Positions 46,370 to 59,414 of a DNA stretch of 64,000 nucleotides are shown one piece after another (position 1 is the first letter of the stretch; each line of letters starts with the position of its first letter). The position numbers and the translations under genes are program-made. This DNA comes from Laetmonice hystrix. Lineage: Eukaryota. A model generated the notes under the pieces. The model worked only from the letters and a program-made list of their open reading frames with translations, ran no database searches and was not told the origin of the DNA. Location of the stretch: NCBI GenBank assembly GCA_965235115.1, contig OZ249436.1:17176001-17240000 (forward strand). Reading direction: 5' to 3'.

Positions 46370-48500
46370 TGTTAGCCATCACCGGGCCTAACATCAAGCG
46401 GATGCGTATGGTAAGGCGGCGGGGACCAGGCTATTCCGGGTAGTGTGGTTGCTTCGTTCATCCGGGGATTCAAGTGGACGAAGGGGAAGGTCGGGCAGGT
46501 GGATTCGACAACACAGTCACAGGTCCAGTCAAAGACAAGGTTCTCACACGGAAGCAAGTAAGATGCCTGCCGTAGCATAACATGGTAAAAGTCATATTGT
46601 CTCAAAGGTTAGAGTGGTTTTGACGGGTAAACGACTTTGAGGAGAACAGGACAAAAGCAGCGCGCGCTCTAGCGGCTGTAGACTCACTCACTGCAGTGTA
46701 GTGTTGCTGTTGGCAGCGTGGTGCATGGCATGATCATGAATGATGATTGATTGTCCCATATTGGGCGGGTGCCTGTGGGGGTGGGGTTGGAAGCCGCAAA
46801 GGTTTGCCCAGGCGTGTAGAGCTAATAACTAGTACTAGAATATATTTAATGAAAAAAATTGTTTGTGGGACAGTGTTCTTGCTGTAGACTCTACCTCCGA
46901 TACGAATTTTTTCAGGTTCCACCGGACAACCTGCTTGTGTCTATAAGACTTTTAAGTTTATCAATATCATTCAATCATAATAATCCATGATGATGCCTAG
47001 GCCTATACAAAACGTATGCCAATGGCAATGCCATAGCAATGACATGCGCATGGCATAGCCATATGCCTTAATGTGTGTGTTATCCAAATGCATGCATTGC
47101 CGTGTAAACATCCTTGTGTATTTCCAGTTGTCCCAAAAATTTGCGTTAACGCATGAGAAAAACGCATACAAAATGATCGCATGTCCGTGTGTTCCCCCAT
47201 TGGAGATAACAAAAATAGAATTGGAGATATCACTGACCCCCCCCCCCCCCTTTTGTTGTTTTTGTTATTTAAACCAAAATATAAAAAAAAATGTACTTAA
47301 ATATGTCATCCATATCTGCATGGTTGTTTATGACTGACGCACTAACTGACCAAGTAATCCACTGTCAGCCGATGCATACACTGATACAGATTAACTGTGA
47401 AGGTCCTGGCCCGTTTAGCTGTTTTGTTTTCGTTGTTGAATTTTAAGGATTATTCTATTTTGTTGATTTGCAGGTCCAGTAGCACACACTATTTCCTTGG
47501 GAGAAAAATTTAGACAAGGTTGAAGCAACAGCTGTGGTGAAGAGTTGATGACTGGTGTATTGGAAAGTACAGCGATTGTTTAGACATGGTTATAGGGGCA
47601 GATGGACAGCAGTATATATGAGCTGGAGGAATCTTTGTGATGGCCTGGAGGAAGGAGCCTGGCCTGACCACAGCTACCACCCAGGAGGAAGCCGACTCCA
47701 GAGGATCTACTAAAACTAAAAATTGGATTCGCCAGCAAAGGCTGTTGCTTGTTGCTGAGAAGGGGCTTGGACTCTTTCTCCAAGGCATGGATAACATCTG
47801 TGAGGAGGGGGATGAAGTCAGACTGCCCTTGACATTGCGTGAAAACACAGGTCTGGTCGACTATCAGCTGGATTTGTTCAGTATTAGAACAAGCGTACAG
47901 CTCAGGAAATATGAGTTGAAATTTAATCCTGGAGCAAGTAGAAAAGATGAAGATGGCTGACAAAAGATGTATGTCGGGTTGCTGGAGTTCTAAGCAAAAC
48001 ACTTCACACAGAAATGTCACCAGATTGCTATGGGTAGAAATTTCTTGTGACCAAATGTAAGTCACAGGGGAATGAACAGGATTCTGTATTCGATTTATTA
48101 TGCGTCAAATCATAGAAAGGCCTTGGGGATGGTTAGAGGGGGTGGGATGGGCCAGCCCTGCCATGTCTCATCCCAGTTCAGATATGGGTGGATGTAAAAA
48201 GGGACCGATGGCCAGAATTCTAAGCAGCACAGAACACCTAGAGTGGGATGTGTTTAAGTGACGGTGACATAGTGTATCATTCTGAACAGCTGGCAACGGA
48301 CATCAAATTCTTGGTTCACTTGAAGTGACTGAGAATGTAGCTGTATAAACGCTGTTATTTCACGTAAATGTTTTGTATTTTAGAACCAGTGTCTAAGTAA
48401 AATGTATACAAGAAGATATTTACTGGTGGCATACATAAATATGGCTACAATGTACTTATTTGCACTGTTGATAATAAAGGTTCATTCTTCAGGTTTAGGC
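46370..48500 (+). ncRNA. Candidate 3-exon spliced lncRNA or small-ORF transcript
   Basis: Donor 46557|gtaaga; exon 47474-48056 (ttgcag / gtaagt); acceptor ttttgtattttag|48384; AATAAA at 48473; no recognisable protein. Confidence 0.3.
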
Positions 48501-50876
48501 CAACAATCATTCAACACGCTGTCTTTTGTGAAATGGAAAAGCTGCCATAGAATAAATGAACTTTTAATTGCTAAACTTCCAAATATTCTGGATATTGTTT
48601 ATTATTTCTTTATTTTGTATTTTTTTTTGTCTGAAGGTGCACAAAGTAAACCCTGGCAAAGATCTTTCAAAAAATATGTGAATGTTTTTTTCATTTTTTG
48701 GATTACGGCCATCCTGCAAAGTGACTTCAGTTATACGGAGGGTGATATTTGAAAAAATGTCCCATGCTGATTTTGAGCCCCCAAAACAAATTAAGGGGCC
48801 AAGGGGCGAGGCATTAATTTAACCTCCGTACGTCTGTCGGTGGGTCTGTCGGCTTTTTAATATCATATTTATATGCCGAAATTGCTTGACTATAAAAGAG
48901 CTACGTGGTCTATGGGGCAATGTCACAAACAGAATTTGTGTAAATTCATATTAAACATATTTTTGCAAATGACTTGATTTGTTTGTTCTATTTCAAGAAA
49001 CTCTTCCCATTCATACATTTTTTTTACCACGTACTAACCTTAAGTAAATAAGACGTTGATTAAAAAAAGTCAATTGCCCCCTTTTTTCCCCTTCCTACCG
49101 ACCTTGTTCTATGTCCGAAAATGCGTGTAAACCGAAATATTAATTAAGTCTGGCCTCGTCCTCGGTCGTGGTCTTATGATTATAGGCTCCATGCAGTGGC
49201 GTATCCAGAATTCTTTTAGGGGGGGGGGGGGGGTCCGAAGTTTAGCTAGTTAAGAGATGGCCATTAGGCCATGCTCCTCTTGAAATTAAAAAAAGGACAT
49301 TAAATAATGTAATGTCGGAACATCTTGGAAATATGCAGATTTTCTTTGCATTTTACACTCCTTTTTTTTACAAAAATTAATTTAACCGACACAGTACAAT
49401 TAGAAATTTCCCGCGAACTGGAGTCGAAGCCGAAGGATAACCAGAGATATTTTTATCAAATCTACAAGGGGGGCATTTGAAATTTTGGACCTTTTCTAAA
49501 ACAAATTTTGGACCTTTTTCTAAAGGGCGTAGGCCTACACGTGCATGGTTTAGACATCCAGATATTTCACAAAATATCCAAAATTGTGGCCCCCTTTTTG
49601 TAAGCCACTCGGTCAGAGGTCCAGATATTTTACAAAATGATCCAAAATTGCGGACTTTTCTCTCTGGCGCATGGCTCAGAGGTCCATGTGATATTCCACA
49701 ATTGATTAAGCATCCAACATTGTGGACCTTTCTTTCCGGCACGTGACTCAGAGGTAGGTCCCTATAGACATTAAGATCCATATTCAAAGTTCCACGTGGA
49801 ACCAAAGGGTTCTATAAGTCGTAAAAGGGTTCCTGTTATGAAGGTAAAGTTCCACATTGAACTTATAGGTTCTTTAGACCCAATTACTTTATTGACTCAG
49901 ACGAAGGTTGTTCGATCAACATTAATTTAAGGATCTTGAAACTTTTGACGACTGCAGAGAAACTGCTTATTATAGTCGGATAAGCATTATTTAAGTCTTT
50001 CATTGCGCATACCCCGCAGTGCGGTGTATTGTTAGACGTCATTAAAACGCGCATAAACCGCACTGCGGTGTACGCCTACTGGTTTTTCTCACATCCCGAG
50101 ATGATGGGTCACAGTGGCGCCATTTATGTTTGAGAAGGTGAAGTAGACCTGTTTGGTTTTCATTCTAGAGCATCAGTAACAGTGTCTCCCTCTATGTTTG
50201 AAAAGGTGAGGCACACGTTTGAACAGGTGCCATTTATTATAATTATTACAATTGATAAGTATATTGAAAACAAAATACAACATGTATGTTTAACATACGC
50301 CACCTGCCAATGAGGCAAACAGTACAGTTAGGCAAAACAGCCGGGGCCAAACAGTAGAGTGAGGAGTCCCTACATGGTACTGGCTGCCCTAGTCACCAAG
50401 CAAACAGTTCGGTGAGGGTAAACAGTACAGTGAGGCCAAACAGTAGAGTGAGGAGTCCCTACATGGTACTGGCTGCCCTAGTACCCAAGCAAACAGTAGA
50501 GTGAGGTAGTGGAAATGAAAGGTATAGACGAGGGGCATCTACTGTTAACATTTGGAGAAGATACTCAAATGGGAAGTATATACTTCACAACCATTTATCT
50601 GTAGCGAACGTAGGTGACGGATTTACAGTTATTTTGAATACTTTCAAAAAGCACACGTTATTTATACAATGCCAACAGATGGAGCTAAGTAGTCATATTA
50701 CATGGTTTTGATATAGAAATACTTCGATGCCCTTAACAGTGAAGACTGAGTGCTCTCTTTTCTGTGAGCGAACGTACGTGGCGAATACTAGGCGAAAATT
50801 CCAGTAGCGAATTACAATACCAGATATAGAAACATTGCAATAATGACCTAATACATTTGTATTATGTAAAACAGAT

Positions 50877-51844
50877 ATGTGGAGTCCGGTTATAACGAAC
50901 ACGCTTAGATCTATAACGAATTCCCGCCTATAGCGAAGTCAATCTCGGGAACGGAATCAGTCTCTGTTATGTTTAATATAATTTAGTCCGGATATAACGA
51001 AGTTTGCCTATAACGAATTTTCGCTTATAACGAAGGCCTTTCCAGTCCCAAAGTGACAACTTCCCGGCTATATAGCGAGGTAGGTCAAGTGGCCACTGAC
51101 CCAAGTCGGCAGGTGTGACCGCCGACTTGGAATGCAGGCGGGGATTACCATGGACACATGTCATTACGTAATGGGGGGGGGGGGGGGGGGGTTACTGACT
51201 GCCTTGGGCTCATGTTTAGCTTGCCTACTGGCGGCGACTTGTGAAGAAAAGAGCGACTGGTCACCGACTTGACCAAAAATGCAGACTTTTGCCACCTGAG
51301 GGGGCATGCATGTCTGTAGGCCGCGGTCTGTCTATCTGGGGAGAGAAGCCGCTGCACTTCAGTCTATATCTCACATTGGTATCCTGGGCCCCTATAGACC
51401 CCTACCAAATATACTCAATGTTCAGCCCCCCCCCCCCCGGCACACATCGTTTGATTATTTTCTCCAGGTGTGGGAACTACAGATGTGCCCCATAGATCAG
51501 AGTCTACTCTTAGACTATGGAGGCTGTTTTGGAACTACCCCTCCAAAGCTGGGACAGTAATTCATAATGATAGTACAAAACGATATTCAAAGTACTGCAT
51601 AATAGCATTGGTGTCTATAACACATAGGTCCTAAACAAAAAATTGATTGGTGATTAGGCCTATATTTAGGCCTACCTAGAGAGCACTCTAGCGGCAGTTA
51701 CGGACATCATGACTAAATCTAGTAGGAAGAGCCCCCTGGTGGCCAACTGACACATTAAGGCGTCTCCCGCTTATAACGAAATTCCGCATATATAGCGAAT
51801 TTTTCCCGCGGTCCCAATTACTTCGTTATAACCGGACTCCACTA
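50877..51844. mobile_element. Tc1/mariner (pogo/Tigger-like) MITE
   Basis: 21-bp TIR gtggagtccggttataacgaa / ttcgttataaccggactccac, with subterminal tataacgaa repeats. Confidence 0.8.
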
Positions 51845-51849
51845 TTTAG

Positions 51850-53950
51850 CCTGGAGCAAACACTACAGTGAGGGCTGTCCACATGGACTCACTAAACTTA
51901 TACTAGCTAGAGGAGACACTAGGTACAGTGAAGGCTCCCTAGATGTATTGAATGCCCTCGGGCTTGAGCAAACACTACAGTGATGGCTCCCTACATGTAT
52001 TGACTGGCCTTATACTCGAGCAAACACTACAGTGAGGGATGCCGACATGTATTGACTGGCCTTATTGTCGAACAAACACTAAACTGAGGGTTCTCTACAT
52101 GTATTGGCTGGCTTTATTGTCGAGCAAACACTACAGTGAGGGCTCTCTACATGTATTGACTGAGCTTAGAATGAAGCAAAGACTCCAGTGAGGACTCCCT
52201 ACATGTACTGAATTCCCTCGGGCTAGAGCAAACACTACAGTGATGGCTCCCCACATGTATTGACTGGCCTTATACTCGACCAAACACTACAGTGAGGTCT
52301 CACCACGTGAACTGACTGGCCTTATACTCTAGCAAACACTACAGTGAGGGCTCTCTACATGGACTGACTGGCCTTATACTCGAGAAAACACTACAGTGAG
52401 GGCTCCCTCCATGTAATGACTAGCCTTGGGCCGGAGCAAACACCAAATGAGGGCTCTGTACATGTATTGGCTGGCCTTAGACTGAAGCATACACTACAGT
52501 GCATTGACTGCCCTTGGGCTGGAGCAAACACTACAGTGAGGGCTGACTGGCCTTTTACTCGAGCAAACACTAGAGTGAGGCCTGCCCACATAGACTAACT
52601 TGCCTTTTACTCAAGCAAACACAGTGAAAGCTTCACACATGCACTCACTGTCCTTATACTCGAGGAAACACTACAGTGAGGGCTCCCTCCATGTATTGAC
52701 TGGCCTTATTGTCGAGCAAATACTACAGTGAGGGCTCTCTACATGTATTGGCTGGCCTCAGACTGGAGTAAACACGACAGTGAATGCTCCCTACATGTAT
52801 TGACTGCCCTTGGGCTAGATCAAACACTACAGTGAGGGCTGCAACATGTACTGTCTGGCTTTATACTCGAGCAAACACTACAGGGAGGGTTCACTACATG
52901 TACTGACTGGACTTATACTCTAGCAAACACGTACTACAGTGAGGGCTGTCTACATGTATTGGCTGGCCTTAGACTAGAGCAAAGACTACAGTGAAGGCTT
53001 CCTACATGTATTGGCTGACTTTAGACTGAAGCAAACACTACAGTGAGGGCTCCCTACATGTAATGAGTGGCCTTATACTCGAGCAAAAACTACAGTGAAG
53101 GCTCACCACATCAAGTGACTGCATGGCCTTATACTCTAGGAAGCACTACAGTGAGGGCTGCCTACATGTATTGGCTAGCCTTAGACTGGAGCAAACACTA
53201 CAGTGAGGGCTGCCAACGTGGGCCTACTGGCCTTATACTCGAGCAAACACTACAGTGAGGGTTCACTACATGTATTGGCTGACCTTGGGCCGGAGCAAAC
53301 AGTACATTGAAGGCTCCCTACATGTATTGACTGCCCTTGTGCTGGAGCAAACACTACAGTGAGGGCTCACTACATGTATTGACTGCCCTTGGGCTGGAGC
53401 AAACAGTACAGTGAGGGCTGCCCACATGGACTGACTGGCCTTATACTCGAGCAAACACTACAGTGAGGGCTGCACAGATGGACTGACTGGCTAAATACTC
53501 GAGCAAACACTATAGTGAGGGCTGCACACATGGACTCACTGGCCTTATACTCGAGCAAACACTACAGTGAGGGCTCTGTACATGTATTGGCGGGCCTTAG
53601 ACTGAAGCATACACTACAGTGAAGGCTCCCTACAAATTGTATTGACTGCCCTTGGGCTGGAGCAAACACTACAGTGAGGGCTGCCAACAAGGAGTGACTG
53701 GACTTTTACTCGAGCAAACACTACAGTGAGGGCTGCCCACATGGACTGACTGGCCTTATACTCAAGCAAACACTACAGTGAGGGCTGCACACATGGACTC
53801 ACTGGCCTTATAATACTCGAGCAAACACTACAGTGAGGACTCCCTCTATGTAATGACTAGCCTTGGGCCGGGGCAAACACTACAATGAGGGCTCTGTACA
53901 TGTATTGGCTGGCCTCAGACTGAAGCATACACTACAGTGAAGGCTCCCTA
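51850..53950. repeat. Satellite, ~52-bp unit (gagcaaacactacagtgagggctccctacatgtattgactggccttatactc)
   Basis: About 40 diverged copies; related fragments at 50310-50505. Confidence 0.95.
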
Positions 53951-55324
53951 CATGGCCCTACGCCTTTTCTACATCAGATATCCCATCCCCAAGATGTTAA
54001 AATCCCCAATGTTACAAGATGTTGCAGGCAAACGCCGCCGTGCTGTACTAAAGCGGCGCCTCCGACTGCACTGCCACCTTCAGGCCTCCGATGGAATCAC
54101 CGCGTTTCCCTGGCCGGAACGCCGGTTTAGTGTATAATACCGATAGGCCTATGTACGACCATCTTGCGCAAATTAACGTACTAAATAAACTAATCAGGCA
54201 TGGTAGTAGATGATTAAAAAGGCAGTCAGATCCATGATCTGCCAAGTGGTGCTAAACCTCGGCAAAGACCGATTCCCAGCAGTTCAAATATAGCCCCTCC
54301 CCTCTCCGGAGGATCTTTATGTTTCTGAAAGGATTTACTTCAAACCAGGGCCTCTTTTTTCCCTCTCAGTTTAGGAATTTCCACTAGGCGACAATTGGAG
54401 AAGACTCCGAAAGTTTACGCGTGTAACGATATGTTATCAAGCCTTTGGTGTACCCGAGAATACATGTGTACATGTATGCAATACAAACTGACCGGCTTCC
54501 TTTTAGATTTCCCCTATTGGTCACCCACTTTGTACTGGCGGCCCCAGCTGCTTCAAACTCAAGAATTAAAAGAAGAAAAAAAAACAAAGAAAAGTTGGAA
54601 TTCGTGAGCTCGGCGGAAGGTTTACGTGCCTGAAAGTGCTAGACTTTCAGGACGGATATGTTGAATTGCACCTGGGGTGTTTTGTATTCGAGGAAGGTCT
54701 TCCCACTTTATCCCTTTAAGAGGCCTCGCCCAATTTTTGACTGAATGAAAGGGTGCAAATATAAACAGTACTTCCGGTAACGTGAGACCGGCGGAAATGT
54801 GGGTACGCGAAACCGGGTCCCAAGTCCATTCGACACGTAAAGCGTTCAACGGAGTTCACTGGAATCGCGATGGTAGGACTACAGATGCTGAAGTTCCCCC
54901 CAATAATTTATTTGGCCAGATCTGAGGTTTTTCTTAAATTTTAACATTTTATGTGCTATTTGCATGTAGCAGGAGATGGAGTCCGCGGATGGTGATGGAC
55001 AATACAAACCACATAACAACCATCATACACTGATCCTATCATCTTTTATTACATAAGAAAATACAAGTTTTCCCGCCGCTCACGTCGTGCGTGCTGAGCT
55101 GACAATTAAAGGTATACGACGTCCGTGGCACAATTAAATGATAGGTTTGGTGGGACTGGCTCTCCCTGACCTGGCGCTGACCTCCGCCGTGTTCCCACCA
55201 ATCCGTGTCAATGACAAACGTATCAGGGTGTGACTCACCTCGAGTCGAAAACAAACGGCATAGCGAGGCCTAGTGACCTTTTGATTTGTTGTCTAAGAAG
55301 ACCAGCCCTTCAGAATGGTTAAAC

Positions 55325-55326
55325 GA

Positions 55327-55377
<51 letters not shown>

Positions 55378-55412
55378 GGAGAAAGAAAGAAAGAAAGATA
55401 GAAAGAAAGAAA
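55325..55412. repeat. (GAAA)n microsatellite
   Basis: Directly visible. Confidence 0.95.
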
Positions 55413-55517
55413 GGGTTTACAAATCCGTCCTCTTGGAAACCCCTTCAGAACAGTGGAGTTCTGGATACCTCGGTCCCTTCAGCCGAATTCATTCATTCTG
55501 ACTGGCTCCAGTTGGAG

Positions 55518-55554
55518 CAAAGACCGACTAATCTATTAGATTAGTCGGTCTTTG
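55518..55554. mobile_element. 37-bp perfect palindrome with 7-bp TSD (minimal P-like element)
   Basis: CAAAGACCGACTAATCTA-T-TAGATTAGTCGGTCTTTG, with GTTGGAG on both sides. Confidence 0.7.
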
Positions 55555-55714
55555 GTTGGAGTGAGTAGTCAGCCAGTAAAACCACCACCACTCACTCATT
55601 TACTCACTCCCCACTCACTTATCCCCCCCCCACTTACTCCTCCCCTACAATCAGTCAGTCAGTCAGTAGTAAGCCATTTTGTTGAGTACCAAGTATTGTA
55701 TTGCCGTTTCCTAC

Positions 55715-55861
55715 CCAATTTGTGTGTAAGAAATGACAATGAGAACAGGTTTTGACTGCCAACATAAATCGACTGGTTGGACAAATTTCCCCGTTATTTA
55801 CAGAATGAATACAACAGACAAGAGTTAGTATTGTGAAGAAAGTTGACATTTCCGTCGACAT
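55715..55861 (-). CDS. Candidate first exon of an unknown secreted protein
   Basis: MSTEMSTFFTILTLVCCIHSVNN... signal-peptide-like; TGG|gtagga donor; two CCGGAAGT sites 120-150 bp upstream. Downstream exons not found. Confidence 0.25.
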
Positions 55862-56029
55862 TAGCCGACGTCTGAACAATATAATTCTGGTATTGTCACT
55901 CAACAACACGAACGCTGGCAGCCTGGCGTGGGAACCGTCTAAACTACTCATATATACACGTGCATGGAGCGGCATCTACTTCCGGTCACAGCGCCGCCTA
56001 CTTCCGGTCTCGGCGGTCCGTTTCTGTAC

Positions 56030-56370
56030 ATCTCTGCTAGCACCCAGACACTCTCCCTACAGCAGGGTGCACTGATCCACGTTCAGTTTGTATCTCTGCT
56101 CGCACCCAGACACTCTCCCTACAGCAGGGTGCACTGATCCACGTTCAGTTTGTATCTCTGCTCGCACCCAGACACTCTCCCTACAGCAGGGTGCACTGAT
56201 CCACGTTCAGTTTATATCTCTGCTCGCACCCAGACACTCTCCCTACAGCAGGGTGCACTGATCCACGTTCAGTTTATATCTCTGCTCGCACCCAGACACT
56301 CTCCCTACAGCAGGGTGCACTGATCCACGTTCAGTTTGTATCTCTCGTCGTGCCCCCAGACACTCTCCAC
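56030..56370. repeat. Minisatellite, 62-bp unit (cacccagacactctccctacagcagggtgcactgatccacgttcagtttgtatctctgctcg)
   Basis: About 5 near-identical copies. Confidence 0.93.
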
Positions 56371-59145
56371 CTCTAATATACATACACATTTTGGAGGAAA
56401 GTCTATACGGTACGTCTGTACTCTATCAGGCAGGGTACTCACAGGCCAAGTAGAGTAAAAGTCATCCCTCCCATTCAATTACCCTCTGATAATACGTCTC
56501 AATTCTAGCATGTTTAGGGTTTTACAAATATAGTTTCTTCAGAACTTTTGGAAGTCTTCAACACAGAAATACAATCGGATTTTCTAAGTTTCAGCGATAC
56601 AGGTAGTAGTTTGTGATTCATCACTAATATAGCCCATTCTGTTTTGATGGAATGCCCATATGCGAACAACAAACCATATCTATCCTCTACAGAAAATACA
56701 ACTTCTTTCGTCATGAGAGTCAACATCACCACCCAAGGTTTTCTCATGACTTAGATGGTCCAGTAATCCTCATGTTTTCGGGGTGCATATTTTACTACAG
56801 TACTTGTTACCAAACTAATGACTTTGACCTACTATTGTCGTCCCACAAAGCATCTGAAGGCGTCGAGGTTTCCCTATAGAGAATATGTTGACACTACAAG
56901 CATACTCAAAGTGTTAACCAATATCACCGAGTTCACAATTACTGTGATGGGCCCACACCCTGACCACACGCCGGCACAGTCAGCGTGCTTCCTCGGCTAT
57001 CGACTTCAGTGGTGGTATACAGTATCAAGTCTCTATACGGGTCCCTAACTGTCATTGTTACCATGACAACAATTACAACCCCCATACAAATTACAGACTT
57101 CCCCACAGGCTAAACAGTTGGCATGGCGAGGTACCAATTATGGTAAATTTTGTCAGGATTTTTCTGAGTTGCTGGAACGAAACATTACTCACAATTGTTC
57201 AATGGAATCCGAAATAACAGCAGGAAAAGGGCCGATTGAAATAAATCGTATCAAATTTGTTGAGAGAATTTGTGATTTTATATTACTCTAAGGTGAATGC
57301 TGATTATACCTTTAAAATGTAGAATGATGCAAATTTTGGTCTGAAGGTGAGAGTTTAGCTTGTGGAGAGCGTTCTGTAACTTGTGTAAGGCGCCATCGTT
57401 GATACACGGAATATCCAAGTTTTTATAAATGTCCGCTCACATGCAGCCCAAAAGTTGACAACCGTTACAACGTTTATAACATTATAATATGTCTTTTGAT
57501 TGAGAGTACTGTTCACAAAGTTCACCAAGCTTATTTAAAAGACTCATAAACTCTAGGCGTACATCACGGCGGTGTTGACGTGTGGTGGGGGAGGGGGGAG
57601 GGTGTGATTGTAGGAGGGGGCTGTGTGTGATTGGAGGAGTGTGTGTGCATGTACCGGGTATGTGTGCATGAGTATTTTGTGTGTGTGTGGGTGTTTGTAG
57701 GTGTTTGTATATATATAACATATCACGATGGACATAATTTACAGGTATGCTGGTGATGACATGACGTATATAAATACATGATACCAATATAACTCCACCT
57801 CCTGGTCTGGCCACATAACAAGTCTTTCCCGTTAGTTTCTACCCAAACCATGTTACTACTGACATTTCTTGTACGATCATAGATAACATAAATGCAGTCA
57901 TATCACCGTCATTAACTTTCAAGGAGATAAATTTGAAATTAAAGAATAAATTTAACATACAAGAACAAAGATTTTACAATTTGCTGGGTGGAATCAGCAA
58001 TATCTGTACACTACTTCAAAATATCTGATGACTACACTACAATAATATTTAAAACTTTTCGGCCATGAAAAGGAAAACTAAGTAAGAGTCGTAGCGATAA
58101 GTTGCAACCCACTGACTGGGCCGAATGGCTGAAGACAATTTCTCGTTCTGAACAAGCATAAGCATAATTTTCAATTTGCTATCACATTCGAAATTCCTCA
58201 CAAAGTATAAACACACTGAAGAAACTTTCTCAATGAACTGATCTCTTTCTCCAATCAGTTTACGAAATGTGCCAAACTCAGAAGCAAATCATCAGTTTTC
58301 GTGTACTCTACATGTCGACATGAACTACCACTACTACAAACTCAGTAGTCAGGAACCTATGCAATAAATAAGGTCATATGTCCGGGGCTCCCCCTGACGG
58401 TCACTATCAACACTACTGAGACATCGCCCAACCAACTGCGGCCCACGGCTCCCGTCAGGCTGCGGGCCAGCTCTGGGTGCCACACGACCTGACAACATCT
58501 CAGAGCTGCCCACTTAATCATATCTCCACTATCTACAAATTAACAGATGTCGTTTGACTTGAGATCCAAGGCGTCAGTCGAGCAGGGTTGTACACGTACC
58601 TGTACATAAATTAGACATACATTTAGATTTAGACATGAAACTCTTATTACTAATGACCACCAGTAAATGTCTTGTGGCAGGCCACAGGTGTCTCTGCTGA
58701 GACAACCCTGGTTCACACCACAGTGTAGGGCCCAGTCTTACAACTACAGATAACAGTGTATAATCTGACTGGACTGTGGTATGTCAGTGTCGAGGTGTTA
58801 TCACCCAGCCACATGCAGTCCGTGGTCCCCAACTAGTCTCCGACCAGTAGCGAGACGAGCAGACCGGTCATCAATCCGTGTGGAGACGGGCCATAGAATA
58901 AGGACAGATCCTAGAGAGGACACACACTATCGCATCTTGTTGCCCTAACAATGTCCAGGTATATCCCATGAACTGTCCAAGGGAGGTCCACGGCGGCGTG
59001 ATGTCGTAATATAGGTCAGGGTTAACGTCGTAGTTGTTGTAACAGTAAGGTTGAGGCTTCCGTAGCCGGGCCACATGTTCCATCGGCCGTGCGGCGGCCC
59101 CGGCCCCGGCCCCGGCCCGCGGTGTTAGGGCCTCGAAGGCCGGCG

Positions 59146-59242
59146 TCAAACCGCCACCTTGACGTTGGTGTACGCCTGCTGACCTCCTGACCCTGGCTGT
59201 GGGATTCCGCTGGCCCCAAGACCTCGGTGGATCCTCTTGGCC
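59146..59242 (-). CDS. NDE1: NudE (NDE1/NDEL1-like) terminal exon (AKRIHRGLGASGIPQPGSGGQQAYTNVKVAV*)
   Basis: ctttgtgctgcag acceptor, phase 2, matches exon 63038-63132; TGA at 59146-59148. Confidence 0.7.
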
Positions 59243-59414
59243 CTGCAGCACAAAGTACAAACATTATAATAATCGGTTGGTAGGTCTGCTGGAGTCCTGT
59301 ACAACTGATTTTTAAGAGTTAGTTAAACAGAAATTACTATACTGGTCAACTTTTCTGTAGGAGGGAAAAGCCTAGAATTCGAAACCTATGATACAGGTCT
59401 ATTCAAAACACCTA

